Position numbers and translations under genes: made by a program. Source: an uncultured delta proteobacterium (GTDB lineage: Bacteria > Myxococcota_A > Polyangia > Palsa-1104). Taken from it: a DNA stretch of 64,000 nt. The stretch covers positions 576,001 to 640,000 of the forward strand of contig CAWAWS010000039.1 of NCBI GenBank assembly GCA_963785725.1, written 5' to 3'. The notes below the pieces were generated by a model. The model was given only the letters and a program-made list of their open reading frames with translations, did not search any database and was not told where the DNA came from. Positions 41,407 through 48,733 of this stretch are shown in pieces. Positions within the stretch are counted from its first letter, which is position 1, and each line of letters opens with the position of its first letter.

Positions 41407-44052
41407 GTGCCCGTCAACGTGCGTCTCCTCCTACTGTGCGCGCTCTTATCGTCGTTGCCGTCGGCCATCGCCCGCGCGGAGGAGGCGCCGCCCGCGCCTG
41501 CGCCGCCACCCCCGGCGACGCTCGACAAAATGCCCAAGCTGCTGCACTTCGTCGAGGCCGAGCCGCCGGCATCGCTGGCCGAGCGCGGTCGGGTCGACGT
41601 CCTGCTCACCATCGACGTCGATGAAGCGGGGCACATCGCCGCCGTCGCCGTCGCGCAATCGGGCGGCGCCGAGTACGACGCGGCCGCGCTGGCCGCCGTC
41701 CGCCAATTCCAGTTCGCGCCCGGCGAAGCGGGCGGTAAGCCGGTCCCGGTGCGCATCACCTACCAATATCGCTTCGCCTTCAAGGCGCCGCCGCCGCCCG
41801 AGCCGGTCGCGCCTGCCGAGGGCACGGCCGCGCCGCCGACAGCGGCCGCGCTCGTCGTCGACAGCGTGCCGCTCGACGGCGTCGTGCGGCAAAAGGCCGA
41901 GCGCCAGCCGCTGCCCGGCGTCAGCGTCGCCATCGGCGACCAGGTCGTCATGACCGACGAGAACGGCGCCTTCCACTTCGACGCGCTGCCCGTCGGTGAG
42001 CACGCCGTCAAGCTGCGCGGCTCCGACATCGTCGCCAGCGACTTCAAGCTGACCCTCAAGCACAAGGTTCGGCTCGAGGTCACCTGGTTCGTCGCCCATC
42101 GCGACCGCTTCTCGTCGGTGGTGCGCGCGCAGCGCGTCGTGCAGGAGACCGTCGAGCACACGCTCTCCGGCGACGAGTTGCGCCACATCCCCGGCACCCA
42201 AGGCGACACCTTGAAGGCGGTGCAGACGCTGCCCGGCGTCGCGCGCGCGCCTTTCGGCGGCGGCCAGATCGTCGTCTGGGGCACGGCGCCGGCGTCGACG
42301 CGCAGCTATGTGGACGGCGTCTACATTCCGACGCTGTACCACTTCGGCGGCCTGCGCTCGACGGTCAACGGCGAGATGGTGCAGGACCTGACGTTCATTC
42401 CCGGCGGCTTCGGCGTCGAATACGGCCGCGGCTACGGCGGCGTCATCGAGATCGACACGCGCAAACCCAAAGACGAAGGCTTCCACGGCTTCGTGCAGCT
42501 CGATCTCATCGACGTATCGCTCATGCTCGACGCCAAATTGACCAAGAAGCTGTCGCTGACGGTGGCCGCGCGCCGCTCGACCATCGACGCCTGGCTGCCG
42601 CACGTCACGCCCAACAGCTTTCAATTGACGCCGACCTATTACGATTATCAATTCAAGCTGCACTGGAAGCCGACGTCGGTCGACGAGCTCGAGCTGTTCA
42701 TCTTCGGCTCCGACGACGCGCTCAATGTCAGCTTGCGCGAGCCCGATCCGTCGGCGTCGGCGTCGCTCGACTCGCACACGTTCTATCACCGCTTATTGGC
42801 GAAGTATCAGCACCGCTTCGGCGCCACGACGCTGACGTTGACGCCGTGGATCGGCTACGACCAGCCCATCAGCGCCAACGGCGACTTCGGCAACACCAAT
42901 ATCGTCTTCAATGTCACCAATATCGCTTATGGCTTACGCGGAATCGCCCGCGTCCCCATTACCAGCTATTTGCGGCTCGATGGCGGCGTCGACTTCGAAG
43001 GCGGCCGCTGGCGCTTGGCCGGCTCGGCGCCGTTCGCCGGCGCCACGCGCGGCGGCGGTGGCGGCGGCGGCGGTGGCGCCGGCGGCAGCGCCGGCCTCAT
43101 CAGCGACAACTTATTGCTCTACGAGAACAACACGGCCGTTTATGCCGACCTCGTATTCGCGTTGTTGAACAAGCGACTGACGATCACGGCCGGATTCCGC
43201 CTCGACGTCTATGACTTTACCGGATATCGCGGGACGCCCGATCAGTTCGACAACGTGCACGCCAATCCCGAGCCGCGTCTGTCGATTCGCTATCAGCTGA
43301 ATAAATATGTCGCGTTGAAAGCGGCGACCGGCGTGTATTACGAGCCGCCGCAGCCGTTCCAGCTGGTGAAGGCCGTCGGCAATCCCAAGCTGTTGCCCGA
43401 GGTCGGCTGGCATTACGTGCTCGGCGCCGACTTCGATATCACGCGCTCGCTGCACGTCGAGTTCGAAGGTTTCTACAAAGACCTGCGTAACGAGGTCGTG
43501 AGCGCCGAGAGCGGCACGGCCGTGCTCGTCAATGAGGGCATCGGCCGCGTCTACGGCGCCGAGCTCTTACTGCGCCAAGAGCTATGGCACAACTTCTACG
43601 GCTGGGTCGCTTATACGCTGTCGCGCTCCGAGCAAAAGGATCACGACGACCAGCCGTGGCGCTCTTTCGAGTTCGATCAAACGCATATCCTGACGATCAT
43701 CGCCAGCTACAAGCTGCCGCGCGGCTATCAAGTGGGCTTGCGCTTCCGCTATGTCACGGGCGATCCGGTGACGCCGATTCAGCAGTCCTATTTCAACGCC
43801 AATAGCGGCTCTTATTCGTCGATTCCGGGGACGCTCTTTTCGTCACGCTTACCGGCGTTCAATCAGCTCGATATTCGCTTCGACAAGACGTGGACCTTCG
43901 ATAAATGGAAGTTCACGCTCTATCTCGACATTCAAAACCTCTACAACTATCGCTCGGTCGAGTCGGTGCAATACAACTACAACTTCACGCAATCGGCGCC
44001 GGTGACGGGACTGCCGTTCCTGCCCGATCTCGGCATTCGAGGCGACTTCTAG
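41407..44052 (+). CDS. TonB-dependent receptor with N-terminal TonB_C domain
   Basis: TonB C-terminal domain, plug (LPGVAR...YVDG), barrel ending GIRGDF. Confidence 0.9.
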   Translation: MPVNVRLLLLCALLSSLPSAIARAEEAPPAPAPPPPATLDKMPKLLHFVEAEPPASLAERGRVDVLLTIDVDEAGHIAAVAVAQSGGAEYDAAALAAVRQFQFAPGEAGGKPVPVRITYQYRFAFKAPPPPEPVAPAEGTAAPPTAAALVVDSVPLDGVVRQKAERQPLPGVSVAIGDQVVMTDENGAFHFDALPVGEHAVKLRGSDIVASDFKLTLKHKVRLEVTWFVAHRDRFSSVVRAQRVVQETVEHTLSGDELRHIPGTQGDTLKAVQTLPGVARAPFGGGQIVVWGTAPASTRSYVDGVYIPTLYHFGGLRSTVNGEMVQDLTFIPGGFGVEYGRGYGGVIEIDTRKPKDEGFHGFVQLDLIDVSLMLDAKLTKKLSLTVAARRSTIDAWLPHVTPNSFQLTPTYYDYQFKLHWKPTSVDELELFIFGSDDALNVSLREPDPSASASLDSHTFYHRLLAKYQHRFGATTLTLTPWIGYDQPISANGDFGNTNIVFNVTNIAYGLRGIARVPITSYLRLDGGVDFEGGRWRLAGSAPFAGATRGGGGGGGGGAGGSAGLISDNLLLYENNTAVYADLVFALLNKRLTITAGFRLDVYDFTGYRGTPDQFDNVHANPEPRLSIRYQLNKYVALKAATGVYYEPPQPFQLVKAVGNPKLLPEVGWHYVLGADFDITRSLHVEFEGFYKDLRNEVVSAESGTAVLVNEGIGRVYGAELLLRQELWHNFYGWVAYTLSRSEQKDHDDQPWRSFEFDQTHILTIIASYKLPRGYQVGLRFRYVTGDPVTPIQQSYFNANSGSYSSIPGTLFSSRLPAFNQLDIRFDKTWTFDKWKFTLYLDIQNLYNYRSVESVQYNYNFTQSAPVTGLPFLPDLGIRGDF

Positions 44053-44996
44053 TGCGCCGCTTGTTCGTCTTGTGCGCGCTGGTCAGTGGCTGCTCGGCCG
44101 GCTTCGATCCGTCGTCCTATTTGAAGCCGGGCGTCTTGCGCGTGCTCGGCGTCGTGGCGCAGCCGGTCGATCCGAGCAATCCATTCCAGACGGTAAAGCC
44201 CGACGACGGCCACGGCGAAGTGTCGGAGATCGCCAGCGGCGGCCAAGTGCAATTGTCGGTCATCGCGCCCGAGCTGTCAGACGGCACGCCGATCACGTAC
44301 CAATGGGCCATTTGCACCGATCCGCCGCCGCCCGGCACCGCCGACGTCAATGACGACTGCTTGAAGGACGATACCGCCAGCTTTCTCATTCCCGTTACGG
44401 ATCTCAGCAGCGACACGAGCAAAGCGATCATCGACTGGCCCGCAGGCGAGTCGATGGCGACGCTGGGCGTGCCCGACGTTTCGGGCGGCTTTTACCTGCC
44501 GGTGCGCATTCGGGCGACCGCCGGTACGCAGCGCGTCGACACCGTCTACGGCGTGCGGCTGACCTTGCCGCAGCTGCCGCCCAATCACAACCCGACCATC
44601 GCCAACCTCGAGCATGTCGACGCGCCGCTCGATGCGTCACCCGTCGACGTGACCGAGCTGTCGACCGACAAGACGAATCCGACGCCGGTTCAGGCGGGCA
44701 CCGAGCCGGTGCTGCGCCTCTTGCTCACCGCCGACTCCTACGAGACGTTCCCCGAGCTGACCGGCACGCCGCCGAACACGATGATCACGACGGTGACCGA
44801 GGAGCCGCGCTTCTTGTGGTACGCGTCGGCGGGCGAGCTCACGCAAGACACGACGGGCATGGCGGAGCCGGACACCAAGCTGCGGCTCGATCACGATCGC
44901 ATGCCGTCCGTGGGCCAGCTGATCGACCTGTGGGTCGTCGTGCACGACGACCGCAGCGGCACGGCATTCACGGAGCGCTGGCTCGTCGTACAGTGA
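44052..44996 (+). CDS. lipoprotein partner of the TonB-dependent receptor
   Basis: VSGC lipobox; overlaps receptor stop; LRVLGV...P, NHNP and WVVVHDDRSG motifs. Confidence 0.8.
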   Translation: MRRLFVLCALVSGCSAGFDPSSYLKPGVLRVLGVVAQPVDPSNPFQTVKPDDGHGEVSEIASGGQVQLSVIAPELSDGTPITYQWAICTDPPPPGTADVNDDCLKDDTASFLIPVTDLSSDTSKAIIDWPAGESMATLGVPDVSGGFYLPVRIRATAGTQRVDTVYGVRLTLPQLPPNHNPTIANLEHVDAPLDASPVDVTELSTDKTNPTPVQAGTEPVLRLLLTADSYETFPELTGTPPNTMITTVTEEPRFLWYASAGELTQDTTGMAEPDTKLRLDHDRMPSVGQLIDLWVVVHDDRSGTAFTERWLVVQ

Positions 44997-45052
44997 CCCA
45001 CCCGGCGATGTCCGCGGGGTGACTTTCGCGAAAGTTGCGTCACAATCGGCTC

Positions 45053-45508
45053 ATGAACAGCATGACATCCGAGACGGAGCTGCTGAGCTGCTTTCGCGAG
45101 ATCGATCGCGATGACGTCGAGCTGGCAGCCGACCTACGGTTTCCGCTGGCCATCGACGACGTGGTCGCTTGGTCGAGCGGGCCGCGCGCGTTCCTCGTGT
45201 TTCGCGAGCGACCGGGCAGCCGCGCGCGCGGCATCGTCTTCCATCGCAACGCCGGCGCGTCGCCCGACATGGCCGCGATGTGCGAGTGGTGCCACGTCGT
45301 GCGCGCGCACGGCGGCGTCAAGCTGATGAGCGTGCGCGTCGACGAGCGCAAGCGCGTCGGGCTCTACTTGTGCAGCGACGTCAGCTGCATCTCGCGCGCG
45401 CACGAGACGCCGGGGCCGGACGACGTGCCCGACCGCGCCGACGGCGGCGAGCGCGCGCGCCGCACGCTCAAGCGCATCGCCGAGTTCGCGTCGCGCCGCC
45501 TGTTTTAG
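45053..45508 (+). CDS. FBP/FusB-like EF-G-binding zinc-finger domain protein
   Basis: CEWC...GLYLCSDVSC treble-clef pattern of the FBP C-terminal domain. Confidence 0.75.
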   Translation: MNSMTSETELLSCFREIDRDDVELAADLRFPLAIDDVVAWSSGPRAFLVFRERPGSRARGIVFHRNAGASPDMAAMCEWCHVVRAHGGVKLMSVRVDERKRVGLYLCSDVSCISRAHETPGPDDVPDRADGGERARRTLKRIAEFASRRLF

Positions 45509-45589
45509 CGCGCGCGTCGCTGTTTTTCCCGCATTTCGCGCCCGCGCCACGTCTTGAGCTGCCGGCGACGCTGACGTAGTCTCGCCGCC

Positions 45590-47284
45590 GTGAAGACGCT
45601 GAAGAGGCTGCTCCCGTTCCTGCTCGCGCTGCACGCCTGCGCTCGGCCGCTGCCCGGCTGGGACGCGCAGCACCCGACGCCGCAAGGTCCGCCACCGCCC
45701 GAGCTGCGCGCGCCCGACGACAAAGAGCGGCTGACGACGCCGCGCCCGCACTTCAGCTGGCGCCTGCCGCCCGGCGAAACCGCCGGCGTCTTCGAGCTCT
45801 GCCGCGACCGCGAGTGCAAACGCGTGCTCGTCCAGCACGAAGCGCGCGACGGCTGGACGCCCGACGTCGACTTGCCGTCGGGGCCGGCGTTCTGGCGCGT
45901 CTTCGGCAAGAGCGGCGACCTCGTCGGCAAAGAGGCGACGCCGGCGCGGCCCATCGCCATCGACACGACGATCACGTGGACCGGCAAGCACGTCGAGGGC
46001 GTGTTTCCGCGCAGCAACAGCGAGTACGGCAAGCGCCTCGTCCCCAAGCTCGACGCCGCCGTCGAGCTCTACGCCAAGATCCTGAAGGTGCCGCTGCCGT
46101 TGGGGACGACGCTCGTGCTCTTCTACGGCTCAGACGAGGCCTATCTCTACAGCCACGGCCGCGGCGCGCCCATCGACCACGAGGCCGGCTTCGCCAGCGA
46201 GCAGCGGCGCGACTCGTCGGGCCAGTACATCGTTGGCGCGCCACCGACGGCGGTGCACGTCAAGTTCGGCGTCCACGACGGCTTCGACGACGATCCCGAG
46301 GCCAACGGCTTCGTCGAGGAGGTGGCGCTGCACGAGCTGGCGCACGCCGTGCAATTCACCGGCGTCTTCCACTATCACGACCTGCCGGCGTGGTGGGTCG
46401 AAGGGCTGTCCGATCTGCTGGCCAGCCGCGCCCTGCGCGACATCTTCGGCGTGCCCTACGCGCGTCAGTTTTCGCTCGCCCTGCGCTCGCGCAATGTCAT
46501 GTACCTGCACGAGACGCACAAGTTGGTGCCGCTCGACGAGCTGCTCACCTTCGAGAGCACGCGCCCGCACTCGGCCGATCCGGTGACGGTGGCCGCGCTC
46601 TACGCCGAGTCCTACTGCTTGCTCCATTTCCTCGACGTCGAGCAGCCCGAAGCGTTCGGTCGGCTCATGCAGAGCGTGGCCAACATGCAGTCGCTGCATG
46701 GCTCGACGACGCAGCTGCGCCAGCTCACCGGCGACTTGGGCGCGTTCGAGCAGCGCTGGCTGGCGGCGCTGGCGCAAGAGCCGCTCTTGCCGTGGGCCGC
46801 GACCTCCGAGCGCGTCGAGCTGCGTGTCGCCGGCAACGAGCTGGTGGTCACGGCGTCGCCGCAGCAGTTCAACACCGTGCGCTACGTCGGTCCGACCGTC
46901 GCGCCGCCGGTGCCGCCGGCCGTCGGCGACCAGCTCGAGGCCACGCTCGACGTGCACGCCGGCGACGAGCCCGCCAGCTGCCTCTTCGTCCACGGCAGCA
47001 ACGGCAGCTACGTCGCCTGCGTCGGCAACAGCGGCAACGCGCGGCTCTACCGCCTCATGCGCCACTCGGAGGTCGTGGCGCAGGCCAAGATGCAGAAGGG
47101 GTTGATCGTCCCGGGCGCGGCGCACCGGCTGTCGCTCGCGCTCGGCGCCGACCACTGGAGCTTGCGGCTCGACGACGTCGACGTCCTCGACGCGCGGCCG
47201 CCGACGAGCGGCATCGACGCCTGGGGCGTCTCGGCGTTCGACGGTCGCAGTCACTATCGCGACGTTCAGCTGAGGTCGCCCTGA
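45590..47284 (+). CDS. secreted/lipoprotein zinc metallopeptidase (MA-like)
   Basis: LHAC lipobox; HELAH...PAWWVEGLS; YAES. Confidence 0.75.
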   Translation: MKTLKRLLPFLLALHACARPLPGWDAQHPTPQGPPPPELRAPDDKERLTTPRPHFSWRLPPGETAGVFELCRDRECKRVLVQHEARDGWTPDVDLPSGPAFWRVFGKSGDLVGKEATPARPIAIDTTITWTGKHVEGVFPRSNSEYGKRLVPKLDAAVELYAKILKVPLPLGTTLVLFYGSDEAYLYSHGRGAPIDHEAGFASEQRRDSSGQYIVGAPPTAVHVKFGVHDGFDDDPEANGFVEEVALHELAHAVQFTGVFHYHDLPAWWVEGLSDLLASRALRDIFGVPYARQFSLALRSRNVMYLHETHKLVPLDELLTFESTRPHSADPVTVAALYAESYCLLHFLDVEQPEAFGRLMQSVANMQSLHGSTTQLRQLTGDLGAFEQRWLAALAQEPLLPWAATSERVELRVAGNELVVTASPQQFNTVRYVGPTVAPPVPPAVGDQLEATLDVHAGDEPASCLFVHGSNGSYVACVGNSGNARLYRLMRHSEVVAQAKMQKGLIVPGAAHRLSLALGADHWSLRLDDVDVLDARPPTSGIDAWGVSAFDGRSHYRDVQLRSP

Positions 47285-47462
47285 AGCCCGCGACGCGCCC
47301 GTAAGGCGCTTGCGCGCCTGCAAGGCACGACGTCGGAATCCGATCTCGTTTGCGAAAACGCAAGACGCCATGAAACGGCGAAGCCCCGGGCGGCCGATTC
47401 CGCCCGGGGCAGCCGACCGCGCGCGGCCTATTCCGTGCGCGGCGCATCGACGTGATCTTGGG

Positions 47463-48005
47463 TCAGCTGTCGCTGTCGAGCTCGCCGTCCCAGTAGACGG
47501 CGTTGCGCAGCCAATTGCGCCACGACTCCGGCATCTCGCGCGAGAACTGCAGCCCGGGCACGACGTTGGGCAGGCTCGTCGGCCGCGCCGGCGTCGAGCG
47601 CAGCTGCAGGCCCGCCTGACGCGGCGTGCGCCCGGCCTTGCGCTGATTGCACGGCACGCAGGCGACGACGATGTTGTCCCACGCCGTCCGTCCGCCGTGC
47701 ACGCGCGGAATGACGTGATCGTAGGTGAACTCGTCGCGCCGCACGTGCGCGCCGCAGTATTGGCAGCGCCCGCGGTCGCGCGCATAGACGTTCTGCCGCG
47801 AGAACTTGATGCCCCGCGGCCGCGGCGTCGCCTTCAACAGCCGCACGATCGACGGCATGCGCACGCGCCAATTGGGCGTGTGAATATACCGGTCGGGGTA
47901 CTCGTCGATGACCTCCACCGCGCGCCCGAGAATCCACAAAATGGCGCGCTCCCACGGCACGCGCCCGATCGGTTGATATCCCACGTTCAACACCAACGTC
48001 TGCAC
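47463..48005 (-). CDS. HNH endonuclease (McrA-like)
   Basis: RDRGRCQYCG, DHVIP..HGG and WDNIV.AC..CN.RK motifs; strong RBS (AAAGGAG) plus GTG. Confidence 0.92.
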   Translation of the reverse strand: MQTLVLNVGYQPIGRVPWERAILWILGRAVEVIDEYPDRYIHTPNWRVRMPSIVRLLKATPRPRGIKFSRQNVYARDRGRCQYCGAHVRRDEFTYDHVIPRVHGGRTAWDNIVVACVPCNQRKAGRTPRQAGLQLRSTPARPTSLPNVVPGLQFSREMPESWRNWLRNAVYWDGELDSDS

Positions 48006-48044
48006 GACAGCTCCTTTCTCCTTTGTCTAAAGGGATATTCGTAG

Positions 48045-48180
48045 TGGTGCCTCGAGCCGGGGTTCGAACCCGGCGACACCCTGAGTGTGATAACGAGCGA
48101 TCTCAACGGCCCACGCGCGGTGGACAAGGAAGGCGAATGCTCGAGCTCGATCAGGCGCTCTACCGCTGAGCTATCGAGGC
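48045..48180 (-). ncRNA. yrlA: circularly permuted YrlA-type Y RNA/tRNA hybrid ending in CCA
   Basis: Acceptor GCCUCGA/UCGAGGC-ACCA; D arm GCUC-AGCGGUA-GAGC; T arm GCCGGG-UUCGAAC-CCCGGC; stem CCUGA/UCAGG encloses ~66 nt carrying Ro-binding halves UUGUCCAC and GUGGGCCG plus UUAUC; near Ro60. Confidence 0.8.
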
Positions 48181-48189
48181 GAAAATAAT

Positions 48190-48414
48190 GCGGACGAGTG
48201 AATGAATTGGATAAGGGTTAAAGGCCTAGTACCTCACCACAGTGATTTCGACCGGTCCGCGCCGGTCTTCGACGTCCATGGCTTCGTTGCTCCTCCTCGA
48301 AATACAGACAGTATTCCTTCGTCGTCGCGCCTCGCCCTGAACGCCGAATCCTCGCCGGGGACCCATCAAAATCACTGTGGCGAGGTACTAGATGAGCCAA
48401 CGCGATCGGCCCGC
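48190..48414 (-). ncRNA. small Y RNA-like gene (copy 3), interrupted by a MITE
   Basis: After removing the MITE: GCGGGCCGAU-CGCGUUGG-CUCAUC...CCAAUUC-AUUCAC-UCGUCCGC, homologous to copies 1 and 2. Confidence 0.65.
48226..48391. mobile_element. MITE/REP-like element, 166 bp
   Basis: TIR CTAGTACCTC(A)CCACAGTGATTT...AAATCACTGTGG(C)GAGGTACTAG; near-identical inverted copy at 52043-52208. Confidence 0.88.
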
Positions 48415-48435
48415 CGTCGCAACGGAGCACAAAAT

Positions 48436-48518
48436 GCCGCGGACAAGTAATTGAGTTGGAAGCGCGAGTTTCCTCGCATCTTTTCTCGGAAGATAATCCA
48501 ACTCGGTCGGCCCGCGGC
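48436..48518 (-). ncRNA. small Y RNA-like gene (copy 2)
   Basis: GCCGCGGGCCGA...UUGUCCGCGGC lower stem with bulged C; upper stem GAGUUGGA/UCCAACUC; UUAUC; GCGAG-GAAA-CUCGC hairpin. Confidence 0.8.
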
Positions 48519-48541
48519 GGAGCTATCGAGACCCAATGAAG

Positions 48542-48618
48542 TGCGGACAAGTGAGTGAGCTGGAAAGCGAGTTTCCTCGCCATCTTTCCTAAAGATAATC
48601 CAGCTCGATCGGCCCGCA
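48542..48618 (-). ncRNA. small Y RNA-like gene (copy 1)
   Basis: UGCGGGCCGA...UUGUCCGCA; upper stem GAGCUGGA/UCCAGCUC (compensatory change versus copy 2); UUAUC; GAAA hairpin. Confidence 0.8.
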
Positions 48619-48621
48619 TCG

Positions 48622-48707
48622 AGCCTCTCGTCGGAGTCGAACCGACTTAGGGCAGGTCGCCCTCGCCGATACGAAACGGCTGCCTTCACCGGAAGGCTGC
48701 GAGAGGC
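48622..48707 (-). tRNA. atypical tRNA-like RNA (Thr-like acceptor, long variable arm, irregular anticodon loop containing CGU)
   Basis: Acceptor GCCUCUC/GAGAGGC; D arm GCCUUC/GAAGGC; variable hairpin AGGGC/GCCCU; T arm GUCGG-UUCGACU-CCGAC. Confidence 0.6.
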
Positions 48708-48733
48708 AGACCGGCCATTGCGGCCGGCGTTCG

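Noticed and set aside
48045..48180. Intron-containing tRNA or tmRNA
   Set aside because: The ~66-nt insert is too short for a group I intron or a tmRNA tag region, there is no G3-U70 pair, and the insert matches the adjacent Y RNA motifs
48190..48618. CRISPR array or simple terminators
   Set aside because: Repeats are ~80 nt, structured and diverged with covariation; there are no regular unique spacers and no cas genes
48622..48707. tRNA-Sec
   Set aside because: It has a long variable arm but no UCA anticodon, a 7-bp acceptor stem, and no sel genes nearby
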